From the NCBI GenBank assembly GCA_934090685.1, contig CAKOJN010000003.1, positions 54,034 through 118,033 on the forward strand: a stretch of 64,000 nt of DNA, given 5' to 3'. Below, in pieces: positions 18,545-28,509 of this stretch (position 1 is its first letter; each line of letters begins with the position of its first letter). A program made the position numbers and the translations under genes. Source of the DNA: an uncultured Bacilli bacterium (GTDB lineage Bacteria; Bacillota_I; Bacilli_A; RF39; UBA660). Under the pieces are notes generated by a model, which worked only from the letters and a program-made list of their open reading frames with translations, had not been told where the DNA came from and made no database searches.

Positions 18545-19699
18545 ATGGAAGAAAAAGATAAAATAATTTATGTTTCAGTAGATGATATAATTCCGAATAG
18601 ATTTCAACCAAGACTTGCTTTTGATGAAAAAGAATTAAACAGTTTGTCTGAATCTATTAAAAAATATGGTGTTATCCAACCAATTGTATTAAGAAAAATT
18701 GGTGAGAAATATGAAATAATAGCAGGTGAAAGAAGATATAAGGCCTCTCTTTTAGCGGGTTTAATGAAAATACCAGCTATAATAAACCAAACGGATGATA
18801 ACACAAGTGCTGAAATAGCATTATTGGAGAATCTTCAAAGAAAAAATTTAACAGTAATAGAGGAAGCACAATCATATAAAAAATTATTAGATAGAGGTTT
18901 TACCCAAGATGAAATAGCAAATAAATTAGGGGTTAGTCAATCATCTATAGCTAATAAATTAAGACTTTTAAATTTGCCTAAAGAAGTCCAAGAAGCTTTA
19001 TTATATAACAAAATTTCTGAACGTCATGCAAGAAGTTTACTATCATTAAATAATAAAGAAAAACAAATTCAATTATTAAACAAAATAATTAATGAAAAAT
19101 TAACTGTTAAACAAACCGAAGAAGAAATAAGTGATATATTAAATAACAAAACAAACTTTAATTTTGAAACTAATGATCTAACAACTACTAATAATAAAAG
19201 TGATAAATCTGTTCAAGAATTTTTAAATATAGATGTTCCAGAAGTAATAAGTATTGGTCAAGAAATTGAAAATGATATACCAGAAAATAGTCACAATCAA
19301 ATAGAAATAAAAAATATTGAATCTAATTCTCTATCGATAAACCCTTTCCAAGAAAATTTTATGGATAAGATAAAAGAAATAAATGAAATTAGTAGTCAAG
19401 AAATATCACCTGATATGGAAAGTAAAATAGAAAAGTTAGAATTAGAAACTAGGCCAAATTTAATGAAAAATAATGAAACTAGTATTTTTAATAGTTCTAA
19501 TAATAATGTTCAAATTCAAATGAAAGAGCATGATGAATCTGATAATTCTGCTAGTAATAAACAACTAAGTTTGCCAAAAGTGATTGAAAAAATAAGAAAT
19601 CTAATTACAGAATTAAACTATGATAATAATGTTATTTCTACTAGTGAAGTGGATTTATCTGATCAATATCAAATAGTAATTAATATAAAAAAAGAGTAG
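18545..19699 (+). CDS. ParB-family CTPase/DNA-binding protein, Noc-like by HTH residues
   Basis: IPNRFQPR, IIAGERRYKA (CTP-binding GERR box), QSSIANKLRLLNLPKEVQEA and ISERHARSL resemble B. subtilis Noc (PNRFQPR, QSTIANKLRLL, ITERHARAL) more than Spo0J (PNPYQPR, RPHIANHLRLL, SMGHGRTL). About 130 aa of N/S/E-rich insert precedes the C-terminal domain. Confidence 0.8.
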   Translation: MEEKDKIIYVSVDDIIPNRFQPRLAFDEKELNSLSESIKKYGVIQPIVLRKIGEKYEIIAGERRYKASLLAGLMKIPAIINQTDDNTSAEIALLENLQRKNLTVIEEAQSYKKLLDRGFTQDEIANKLGVSQSSIANKLRLLNLPKEVQEALLYNKISERHARSLLSLNNKEKQIQLLNKIINEKLTVKQTEEEISDILNNKTNFNFETNDLTTTNNKSDKSVQEFLNIDVPEVISIGQEIENDIPENSHNQIEIKNIESNSLSINPFQENFMDKIKEINEISSQEISPDMESKIEKLELETRPNLMKNNETSIFNSSNNNVQIQMKEHDESDNSASNKQLSLPKVIEKIRNLITELNYDNNVISTSEVDLSDQYQIVINIKKE

Positions 19700-19808
19700 G
19701 AAAAAATAATTTTCTTACTTTTTGTTTACACTTTTAAGTTAAATTATTTTGAATATTTTTTTTTATAATGATATAATTATTATAGAAATATAGAAAAGAG
19801 GTATGTAT

Positions 19809-20963
19809 ATGGGTTTAATTAAAGCTCTTACTGGAGCAACTTCTACAGCATTAGGAGATCAATTTAAAGAATTTGTTAATTGTCCTACCATAGAAAAAAA
19901 TGTTTTAATACAAAGAGGAATTGTTACACATGGTAAAGGAAATACTAATCCTTCTGAAGGAATAATTTCTAATGGTAGTACAATTGTTGTACCACAAGGT
20001 ATGGCTATGATGATCATAGAAAATGGTGAAATTAAAGAATTTACAGCAGATGCTGGTACGTTTTATTTTGATACAAGTAGTGAACCGAGTATATTTACAG
20101 GAGGACTTGGTAAAGGTATAATTGATACCTTTAAAACAATAGGTAAAAGGTTTACGTATGGAGGGCAAACTGCTAAGGATCAAAGAGTTTATTACGTTAA
20201 TTTATTAACAATAACAGGAAATAAATTCGGTTCTCCTCAACCAAAAAAAATTACTGATGAAAAATATGGTATGTTAGAAGTAACTTTTTTTGGAGAATTC
20301 GCATTTAAAGTAGTTGATCCAATATTATTAGTAAATAGTGTTATAGGTGCTAATCCTCAAGATACTATTACTTATGAAGAAATTATAGGTAGTCAATTAC
20401 AATCAAAATTTGTTGAAAAAGTTACGCAAGCAATATCAGTAGTAATGAGAAAAAATAAGGTTTCATTTGGTGATATAGGAATGTATAATAGTGATATATC
20501 AGATGAAATGAATGTTTGTTTAGATGAAAGTTGGAAACAAAAATATGGTTTAGAAGTAACAGATGTTGCTTTAGGTGATATTAATCTAACAGATGATTCA
20601 ATGAAGAAAGTAAATAAAGTTGATGAGGCAACTATTTTCTCAAATAAAAATTTACAATCTGGACTTATGGCTTCAGCATCAGCGGATGCTTTAAGAAATG
20701 CTTCTAGTAATGAAAATGGTTCTATGATGGGATTCATGGGTATGAATATGGCTAGTTCAGCAGCAGGAAGTATGATGGGAGTAGCAAATGAAGGTTCTGA
20801 TGTGGAAGGATATAAACCGGAAACTAATCAACCCGAAATAGGTACAATATTTAATAATAAAAAAGAAGAAACTACAAAAAATAAAGAAAAAGTAACTTGT
20901 CCTAAATGTAAGGCAGAGGTTAATGGTGCATATTGTAGTCAATGCGGAACTAAAATAGAGTAA
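19809..20963 (+). CDS. SPFH-domain protein of the YdjI / COG4260 'virion core protein-like' family with a C-terminal zinc ribbon
   Basis: The N-terminus MGLIKAL..GDQFKEF.. is typical of the family. The C-terminus has CPKC..CSQCG. The start is taken at the second ATG for RBS spacing. Confidence 0.6.
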   Translation: MGLIKALTGATSTALGDQFKEFVNCPTIEKNVLIQRGIVTHGKGNTNPSEGIISNGSTIVVPQGMAMMIIENGEIKEFTADAGTFYFDTSSEPSIFTGGLGKGIIDTFKTIGKRFTYGGQTAKDQRVYYVNLLTITGNKFGSPQPKKITDEKYGMLEVTFFGEFAFKVVDPILLVNSVIGANPQDTITYEEIIGSQLQSKFVEKVTQAISVVMRKNKVSFGDIGMYNSDISDEMNVCLDESWKQKYGLEVTDVALGDINLTDDSMKKVNKVDEATIFSNKNLQSGLMASASADALRNASSNENGSMMGFMGMNMASSAAGSMMGVANEGSDVEGYKPETNQPEIGTIFNNKKEETTKNKEKVTCPKCKAEVNGAYCSQCGTKIE

Positions 20964-21010
20964 AAAATGAAAGATTAGTGATTAACTCTTAAGTTTATCA
21001 GTAATCTTTT

Positions 21011-22939
21011 TTATTTTGATATTTTTTCATATAAATCGACATAATTATAACTAGGTTCTGTTCCTTTTTCATAAAAACAAAGAAAACCATTTTTTTCAGA
21101 AATACCACTTATTGGATTAATTTCTTCACCAGTAATACCATTTGGTATTTCGTACCATTCAGGTTTATTATTGATTGATGTTATTGTTTTAGACCAAATT
21201 TTTTTTGTGATTTTTGATTCGTTATTTTTAATTTTATTATCATTATCATTCCCTGCCCAGACCATAACCAAATAATTTTTATCGTAACCAATAGTCCAAT
21301 AATCATAAGATGTGCTTCCACTTTTAATAGCATATTTACCATTTAAATCACTAGAAATAGATAGTAATGTAGGCGAAGTGTAATTTACCATTTTATAATT
21401 ATAAGTAGAGGTTAATAAACTGTTCAAAATATATACGTATTTTTTATTTAATAATTCTTCATTATTATATTTATATTCATATAAAACTTTCCCGTATTTA
21501 TTTGTTATTTTTTCAATTAGATGTGGTGTTTCATGTTTGCCTTCATTAGCAAGAGTAATGTACCCATTACTATAATCTAACATATTTATTTCAGTTGTAC
21601 CAAGTGCAGAAGAAGCTACCTCCTTAATTGGTGTATTTATTCTTATTCTTTTTGCTAATTTACTCAGTGTGTCCTTACCTAAAAAAAGATGAGTTTTAAT
21701 AGCGTAAATATTATCCGAATAAGCAATAGCTGCTAACATAGAAATATTTTTATTAGCATAAATGTTATTAGCATTTTTAGGTGAATATGTTTCTTTACCA
21801 AGATTAAATGTAGTTTTTTCGCTTAAAAATGTACTAGAAGGAGTAAAACCATTTTCTAAAGCAGAATAGTAAATAAAAGGTTTAATAGTAGAACCAATTT
21901 GTCTTTCAGATTTAGTAGCCCTATTAAATTGAGATCTAGAATAATCTTTACCACCAATCAAAGCTATTACTTTTCCAGTTTTTGGTTCTACTACAATAGA
22001 TGCTACTTGCATAGTAGTTGATTGCATTTCCTCATCAATAGATTTTTCTAAACTTTTTTGCGCATTTTTATCTAAATTAGTATAAATATTAAGTTCATCC
22101 ATATCTAACATTGATTTTGGAATTTCTTTAATATTTCTCATTTCATCAATAATTGCATCTTTATAATAATAAATACTTGATAATTCTACTTTATCATTTT
22201 TTCCATAAAAATTTATTTTTTCGTTATATATTTTATTCATTTCTTTTTTTGTTATATATCCATTTTTAACCATACTTTCTAATACAGCATATTGTCTTTT
22301 TTTTGCATTTTTAAAATTAGATATAGGATTATAATAATTAGGGCTCTTTGGAATGCCGACCAATAAAGATGCTTCTGCTTTTGTTAAATTTTTTGGTTCT
22401 TTATTAAAATAATATTTACTAGCATCTTTAATTCCATAATTACCTCCGCCAAAGTCAATTGCATTTAAATAACCTTCTAATATTTCATTTTTTGAAAAAT
22501 GAGTTTCTAATTCTAATGTTAAAAAAGCTTCTTCTATTTTTCTTTTCCAAGTTTTTTCGAATGTTAAATATAAATTTTTAATATATTGTTGTGAAATAGT
22601 AGAAGCACCTTGTTTAATTTCACCACTTTTAATATTAATTAGCATTGCTTTAGCAATTCTTGGATAGTCAAAGCCCCTATGATTATAAAAATTTTTATCT
22701 TCTATAGAAACGATGGCATTTTTAGTAAAATTTGTGATTTCATTAAGTTTAGCATAATCATTATTTAAGTTTTCACTAAAAATATCTTCACCATTAGAAT
22801 CATAATAAACAATATTTTTACTTGTATTAATTTGAAACTTAGGTGTGATAAAAGCATACACATTAAAACTTAAATAAACTATAATAAAAGTAAAAAATAA
22901 GAATATAAATATTTTAGATATTAGTATAATTTTTTTCAT
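21011..22939 (-). CDS. Class A penicillin-binding protein (glycosyltransferase + transpeptidase)
   Basis: N-terminal TM. GT51 motifs SIEDKNFYNHRGFD and GASTISQQ. Transpeptidase motifs STIKP (SxxK), SDN and KSGS. Confidence 0.88.
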   Translation of the reverse strand: MKKIILISKIFIFLFFTFIIVYLSFNVYAFITPKFQINTSKNIVYYDSNGEDIFSENLNNDYAKLNEITNFTKNAIVSIEDKNFYNHRGFDYPRIAKAMLINIKSGEIKQGASTISQQYIKNLYLTFEKTWKRKIEEAFLTLELETHFSKNEILEGYLNAIDFGGGNYGIKDASKYYFNKEPKNLTKAEASLLVGIPKSPNYYNPISNFKNAKKRQYAVLESMVKNGYITKKEMNKIYNEKINFYGKNDKVELSSIYYYKDAIIDEMRNIKEIPKSMLDMDELNIYTNLDKNAQKSLEKSIDEEMQSTTMQVASIVVEPKTGKVIALIGGKDYSRSQFNRATKSERQIGSTIKPFIYYSALENGFTPSSTFLSEKTTFNLGKETYSPKNANNIYANKNISMLAAIAYSDNIYAIKTHLFLGKDTLSKLAKRIRINTPIKEVASSALGTTEINMLDYSNGYITLANEGKHETPHLIEKITNKYGKVLYEYKYNNEELLNKKYVYILNSLLTSTYNYKMVNYTSPTLLSISSDLNGKYAIKSGSTSYDYWTIGYDKNYLVMVWAGNDNDNKIKNNESKITKKIWSKTITSINNKPEWYEIPNGITGEEINPISGISEKNGFLCFYEKGTEPSYNYVDLYEKISK

Positions 22940-23058
22940 ATATATTACCCTAATAATTAGTATGTAAAATAAATGAGCAAAAAATACTTGATTTATTAAA
23001 AAAAATAAGTATAATGAAACTGGAATGAAATTATGTCTTAAGGAGGACGAAATATAAA

Positions 23059-23496
23059 ATGAAATTTAAAACAGTTAATAAAGAAGATTTAGAAACAATG
23101 TCTTTTGATGATATAGCTTACGTTATATTAAAAGAAAAAGGCAAAAAAATGAAAATAAATGATATATTTAAAATAATTTGTGATACATTATGCTTAGGTG
23201 ACGCTGCATTTGAAAATCAGATTGGGGATTTTTTTACATTATTAGCAACAGAAAAAAGATTTATTCAATTAGAAAAAGGATATTGGGATTTAAGAGAAAA
23301 TCATACATCTGAAGTTAATATAAGTGATTTAGAGGACGAGTTTGATGATGATATATTATCAGAAGAAGAAAAAGATGAAGTATATGAAGACAATGATTAC
23401 TATGATGATATTGATGATATGGACGATGATAAACCAGATGATGATTTAAAAGACCTAGTAATTGTTGATGAAAATTATGATGAGTCTGAATTATAG
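23059..23496 (+). CDS. rpoE: DNA-directed RNA polymerase delta subunit
   Basis: N-terminal HARE-HTH-like domain (SFDDIAYVILKE..) followed by a highly acidic D/E tail. Confidence 0.8.
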   Translation: MKFKTVNKEDLETMSFDDIAYVILKEKGKKMKINDIFKIICDTLCLGDAAFENQIGDFFTLLATEKRFIQLEKGYWDLRENHTSEVNISDLEDEFDDDILSEEEKDEVYEDNDYYDDIDDMDDDKPDDDLKDLVIVDENYDESEL

Positions 23497-23530
23497 GTAA
23501 TCTTTTAGAAATATTAGAAAAGGAGAAAAT

Positions 23531-24592
23531 ATGAAAGAAAGATTAGAAATAATACAAGAAAGATATAATCACTTATGTGATGAATTATTAAAACCAGAAG
23601 TATATGAAGATTATAAAAAAATGCAAACTATTTCTAAAGAAAAAAATGCAATAGAAAATGTTGTTATTACCTATAAAAAATACAATCAAATTCTTCAAGA
23701 TATAGATGCAGCAAAAGAAATGAGTCATGATGAAGAAATGAAAGAGTTTGCTTTAGAAGAATTAGAGAGATTAAATAATAGTAAAATTGATTTAGAAAGA
23801 AAATTAAAAGTTTTACTATTACCAAAAGATCCAAATGATGAGAAGAATGTAATTGTAGAAATAAGAGGAGCAGCTGGTGGAGATGAAGCAAATATATTTG
23901 CTGGAGACCTATTTAGAATGTATAGTAAATATGCTGAACATCAAGGATGGAAACTAGAAATTACACATGAAGTTCAAGGCGAAAGCGGAGGTTATTCCCA
24001 AATTGAATTCATGTTAAGTGGAGAAGCAGTTTATTCTAAAATGAAATATGAAAGTGGTGCTCATAGAGTACAAAGAGTACCTGAGACTGAATCACAGGGA
24101 CGAGTTCACACAAGTACAGCAACTGTATTAGTAATGCCAGAAGCAGAGGAAATAGATTTGGAAATAAAAGACAGCGATATTAGAGTGGATATTACTAGAA
24201 GTAGTGGAGCAGGAGGTCAATGCGTAAATACAACAGATTCTGCTGTAAGACTTACACATATACCGACTAATATAGTGGTTTATTGTCAAGTTGAAAGAAG
24301 TCAAATTAAAAATAAAGAAAAAGCTATGCAAATACTTAAAACTAGACTTTATGATTTAAAGCAACGTGAACAAGAAGAAAAATTAGGAAATGAAAGAAGA
24401 AGTAAAATAGGAACTGGAGATAGAGCAGAAAAAATTAGAACATATAATTATCCACAAAACAGATTAACTGATCATAGAATTAATTATACAGTAATGCATT
24501 TGGATAAAATAATGGAAGGCGATTTGGAAGATTTGATAGAAGCTTTAATTGCTGAAGATGAAAGAATGAGATTGGAATCAGATGCTGAATAA
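23531..24592 (+). CDS. prfA: Peptide chain release factor 1
   Basis: GGQ motif (SGAGGQCVNTTDSAVR), PxT-type anticodon motif (RVPETESQGRVHTS), and prfA-prmC synteny. Confidence 0.95.
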   Translation: MKERLEIIQERYNHLCDELLKPEVYEDYKKMQTISKEKNAIENVVITYKKYNQILQDIDAAKEMSHDEEMKEFALEELERLNNSKIDLERKLKVLLLPKDPNDEKNVIVEIRGAAGGDEANIFAGDLFRMYSKYAEHQGWKLEITHEVQGESGGYSQIEFMLSGEAVYSKMKYESGAHRVQRVPETESQGRVHTSTATVLVMPEAEEIDLEIKDSDIRVDITRSSGAGGQCVNTTDSAVRLTHIPTNIVVYCQVERSQIKNKEKAMQILKTRLYDLKQREQEEKLGNERRSKIGTGDRAEKIRTYNYPQNRLTDHRINYTVMHLDKIMEGDLEDLIEALIAEDERMRLESDAE

Positions 24593-25322
24593 AATTTTAA
24601 AATTAGGCATTTCTAAAAGAGAAGCAGAAGAATTATTAAAAGTAAGTAAAAATATTGATAAAGATTATCAACAATTACTATTAGGTTATCCAATTCAATA
24701 TTTAATAGGATATGTAAATTTTTATGGTAATAAAATAATTGTTAATAAAAATGTTTTAATTCCAAGGTATGAGACAGAATATTTAGTTGAAAAAACAATA
24801 ACTTATATTAAAAAAGTATTTAATAGAAAAGTTAAAATATTAGATCTTTGTAGTGGAAGCGGTGCGATTGGAATCACTATAAAAAAAGAACTCGATTGTG
24901 ATGTTGTAATTAGTGATATTTCAAATGAAGCATTAAAAATTGCAAATGAAAACTGTAATGTGAATAATGTGGATATAAAAATAATACAAAGCGATTTATT
25001 AAATAATATTAGCGAACAATTTGATATTATTATAAGTAATCCACCATATATAAACAAAAATATGAAAATAATGAAAACTGTGTATGATTATGAACCTCAT
25101 TTAGCTTTATTTGCTGAAGAAGAGGGTTTATATTATTATAGAAATATTTTTGAACAAATAAAAAAGAATTTAAATAAGAAATATATTTTAGCATTTGAGA
25201 TAGGATTTGAACAAAAAGATAAATTAAATATTTTAGCAAAAGAACATTTTAATGACTGTAAAATAATTTTTGAAAAAGATTTAAATGAAAAATATAGATA
25301 TTTATTTATAATAAATGAATAA
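24582..25322 (+). CDS. prmC: Release factor glutamine methyltransferase (HemK/PrmC)
   Basis: SAM motif LDLCSGSGAIG and catalytic NPPY. It overlaps the prfA stop. Confidence 0.88.
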   Translation: MLNKILKLGISKREAEELLKVSKNIDKDYQQLLLGYPIQYLIGYVNFYGNKIIVNKNVLIPRYETEYLVEKTITYIKKVFNRKVKILDLCSGSGAIGITIKKELDCDVVISDISNEALKIANENCNVNNVDIKIIQSDLLNNISEQFDIIISNPPYINKNMKIMKTVYDYEPHLALFAEEEGLYYYRNIFEQIKKNLNKKYILAFEIGFEQKDKLNILAKEHFNDCKIIFEKDLNEKYRYLFIINE

Positions 25323-25368
25323 AATATGAAATAAAAGACCAATACTTATATGAAAGGTTGGTTTTTTA

Positions 25369-25878
25369 ATGAAAAAAATAGTTATAATTATAGGTATTTT
25401 ATTTATAATACTAATTAATTATGAAAAACAAGATTATTTAGTGAATGATAGCATTAGATTTAGAGTAATCTCAAATAGTGATTCTGCAAAAGATGTATTA
25501 ATAAAACAAAAGGTGAGTAGAAAAATTTCTAATATTATTTTTGATAAAGGTAATTCTAAAGATGATGTAAGAAAGAACATTTTAAAAAATATCAGTAAAA
25601 TTGAAAAAGAAGTAGATCAAGTTTTAACTGATAATGATTATGATAATGAATTTAATATAAATTATGGTTATAATTATTTTCCAGAAAAAGAGTATAATGG
25701 AAGAACATTAGAAGCAGGAAATTATGAATCATTGGTTGTTACAATTGGAAAAGGTGATGGTAATAATTATTGGTGTATTTTGTATCCACCACTATGTATG
25801 ATAAACGAAGATGATAGTGTGGGTAATAAAATAAAATATAAATTTAAGTTAATAGAATATATTAAAAACATATTATAA
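25369..25878 (+). CDS. spoIIR: Stage II sporulation protein R
   Basis: Signal/TM followed by IRFRVISNSDS and NYWCILYPPLC, the two signature blocks of SpoIIR. Confidence 0.8.
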   Translation: MKKIVIIIGILFIILINYEKQDYLVNDSIRFRVISNSDSAKDVLIKQKVSRKISNIIFDKGNSKDDVRKNILKNISKIEKEVDQVLTDNDYDNEFNINYGYNYFPEKEYNGRTLEAGNYESLVVTIGKGDGNNYWCILYPPLCMINEDDSVGNKIKYKFKLIEYIKNIL

Positions 25879-25964
25879 ATGTAAATATATTATAAAAAGT
25901 GCATAATTCATTGATAAAAACTTAATTTAATAGTATATTATTAGTAGAGAAAGAAAGGTGAATT

Positions 25965-27218
25965 ATGACAAAAATAACAATCGAAGGAAATAATTTACTT
26001 TCTGGTGAAATAAAGATTAGCGGCGCTAAAAACAGTGCTGTAGCATTGATTCCAGCTGCTGTTCTTTCAAAAGAAAAAAGTATCATATATAATGTTCCAG
26101 AAATAAAAGATATAGAATATTTAATAAAAATAATGGAATTATTAGATTGTAAAATCGAATATAAAAACAATACTTTATATATAGATTCAAGTAACTTAAA
26201 AAATAAACCTATACCAGAAGATTTAAGTGTTCAAATGAGAGCTTCATATTATTTTATGGGTGCGCTATTAGCAAAATTTGGTAAAGTAGAAATGTCATTT
26301 CCTGGTGGATGTAATATTGGTGCTAGACCAATAGATATACATATTAAAGGATTTGAACAATTGGGAGCGAAAGTTGAAATTATAAAAAATAGATACATTA
26401 TTACTGCTGATAAATTGATAGGTAAAAAAATATATTTTGATTTTCCTAGCGTAGGCGCTACTATAAACATAATGTTAGCTGCTATAGGAGCAGAAGGTAC
26501 AACAATTATAGAAAATGCTGCAATGGAACCTGAAATAGTTAATGTCGCTTCATTTTTAATTAATATGGGTGTCAAAATCAGAGGAGCAGGTACAAAAAGA
26601 ATCGAAATTGAGGGGACACGTAAATTAAATAATGGTATTTGTGAAGTTTTCTCTGATAGAATAGAATGTGGAACTTATATTATAATAGGAGCGCTTTTAG
26701 GTAAAAATTTAACAATAAAAGGAGTTATAAAAGAGCATTTAGAAGCATTTTTAATGAAATTAAAAGAAGTAGGTGTAAAATATAGTATAAATGGTGATAC
26801 ATTAATTATTTCTAAAACAGAGAATTTAAAACCTACATATATTAAAACATTAGTTTTTCCTGGTTTTCCAACAGATTTACAGCAACCATTTACAACTTTA
26901 TTAACACAAGCAACAGGAACGTCAATAATAGAAGAAACAATTTATGAAAATCGTTTCAAAAATACATACGATCTTAATAGAATGGGTGCAATTACTAATA
27001 TTATTTCATTAAATAAGCTTGAGATTAAAGGTCCAAGAAAATTACATGGCACTAATGTAATAGCAACAGATTTAAGAGGTGGAGCATCTTTACTGATAGC
27101 TGCTTTAATAGCAGAAGGTACAACTGAGATAGAAAATAGTGATGTTATTTTAAGAGGATACAGTGATGTAATTAAAAAGTTAGAAAATGTGGGTGCTAAA
27201 ATAAAAATAACTGAGTAA
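25965..27218 (+). CDS. murA: UDP-N-acetylglucosamine 1-carboxyvinyltransferase
   Basis: ISGAKNSAV and the active-site loop PGGCNIGARPID. 417 aa. Confidence 0.95.
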   Translation: MTKITIEGNNLLSGEIKISGAKNSAVALIPAAVLSKEKSIIYNVPEIKDIEYLIKIMELLDCKIEYKNNTLYIDSSNLKNKPIPEDLSVQMRASYYFMGALLAKFGKVEMSFPGGCNIGARPIDIHIKGFEQLGAKVEIIKNRYIITADKLIGKKIYFDFPSVGATINIMLAAIGAEGTTIIENAAMEPEIVNVASFLINMGVKIRGAGTKRIEIEGTRKLNNGICEVFSDRIECGTYIIIGALLGKNLTIKGVIKEHLEAFLMKLKEVGVKYSINGDTLIISKTENLKPTYIKTLVFPGFPTDLQQPFTTLLTQATGTSIIEETIYENRFKNTYDLNRMGAITNIISLNKLEIKGPRKLHGTNVIATDLRGGASLLIAALIAEGTTEIENSDVILRGYSDVIKKLENVGAKIKITE

Positions 27219-27228
27219 TATTTAATAG

Positions 27229-27837
27229 GTGAACAATATGAAAAATAAAATCTTAGTTATTTTTTTAATTGCATTAATTTTTTCAATTTTAATTTATAAA
27301 ATAACAATAAGTAGTAAAATAAATATATTAATTTTAGGTGATAAATATTTTTTTAATTCAAATTTTAAAACCTATGATACTTTTTTAAAAGATAAATATT
27401 ATAATGTTAACAATTTGTTAACAGAAGAAAATGATACTTATAAAAATATAAAAGACAAAATAAAAAGTAATTATAGCATTAAAATAAAAAATAGAAAAAT
27501 GTATTTAAGTCAAGAAATATCTAAAGCAAACTATATCATTATAAGTGCTAATAATAAGCAATATAATGAAAAATGTAATAAAAGTAAAAAAATAACTAAT
27601 TATTATATTAATAAAACAAATACTGAAATAAATTCACTAATATATATTATAAATAAAATTTCTTCTTCTAAAATAATTATAATGGATAATTCTTGTTCAA
27701 ATAATGACGCAAATTATACACATATTAAATTAAAACTAGATATAAATAATACAAATAATACAAAAAGTAAACTTTCATTAAAAGATAATTATTTCATTTT
27801 TACAAAATTAGTTAATAAAATAGAAGAAAAAAATTAA
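27229..27837 (+). CDS. Hypothetical N-terminally anchored N/K-rich protein
   Basis: One N-terminal TM helix. LILGDKYF faintly recalls a GDSL block with the Ser replaced. No confident family. Confidence 0.5.
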   Translation: MNNMKNKILVIFLIALIFSILIYKITISSKINILILGDKYFFNSNFKTYDTFLKDKYYNVNNLLTEENDTYKNIKDKIKSNYSIKIKNRKMYLSQEISKANYIIISANNKQYNEKCNKSKKITNYYINKTNTEINSLIYIINKISSSKIIIMDNSCSNNDANYTHIKLKLDINNTNNTKSKLSLKDNYFIFTKLVNKIEEKN

Positions 27838-27926
27838 TTGCACTTGATTTATTTATAAAAAGCATGTATAATACCAAATGAAGTTATTTCTATAACTGTT
27901 AATAAGTTATGGCGAGGAGGATAAAA

Positions 27927-28127
27927 ATGAAAAAGGGAATACATCCAGTGCAAAAAGTATGTAAAGTTAAATGTGCTTGTGGAAATGAATTTGAAGTAAA
28001 ATCTTCTAAAGAAGAAATTCAATTAGAATCTTGTAATAAATGTCATTCGTTCTATACAGGTAAATTTAAAACTGTAAAAACAGGAAATGTACAAAAATTC
28101 AAAGACAAATATGGAATCACTGATTAA
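27927..28127 (+). CDS. rpmE: 50S ribosomal protein L31
   Basis: MKKGIHP.. start after a GAGGAGG RBS. CxxG..CxxC zinc motif (CACGNEF..CNKCHSFYTGK). Confidence 0.92.
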   Translation: MKKGIHPVQKVCKVKCACGNEFEVKSSKEEIQLESCNKCHSFYTGKFKTVKTGNVQKFKDKYGITD

Positions 28128-28161
28128 TAGTGATTTTTTATTTAATGATAAAGAGGTTTTT

Positions 28162-28425
28162 ATGATAATTAATAATCAAGAAATAAATATAAAAGATCTT
28201 TTTGATGAAAGATATATGCATAAAGAAATAGGAAATGGGATTTTTTTAAATGAGTATCAAATTCAAATATTATTAAAATATAAAATAGATCCTTATAAGT
28301 GTGTATCACTTAAAAATTTAATGTTTGAAATTGAGGATGTTTTATTAGAAGATGATTTTGAAGATTTAGAAAATATTGCAGCTGAAATAGCTGAATTTAA
28401 TTATTATTCAAATACTAACAAATAA
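28162..28425 (+). CDS. Hypothetical small acidic protein (87 aa)
   Basis: The ORF has an AAGAGG RBS. The longer track ORF overlaps the rpmE 3' end and is unlikely. No family recognised. Confidence 0.45.
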   Translation: MIINNQEINIKDLFDERYMHKEIGNGIFLNEYQIQILLKYKIDPYKCVSLKNLMFEIEDVLLEDDFEDLENIAAEIAEFNYYSNTNK

Positions 28426-28509
28426 TTAACACTTAAAATTACTATATGAACATAAAAATTTCACTAAAAATTCACAATGTGTTATTATATTTATTGCAGA
28501 GGTGATTTA

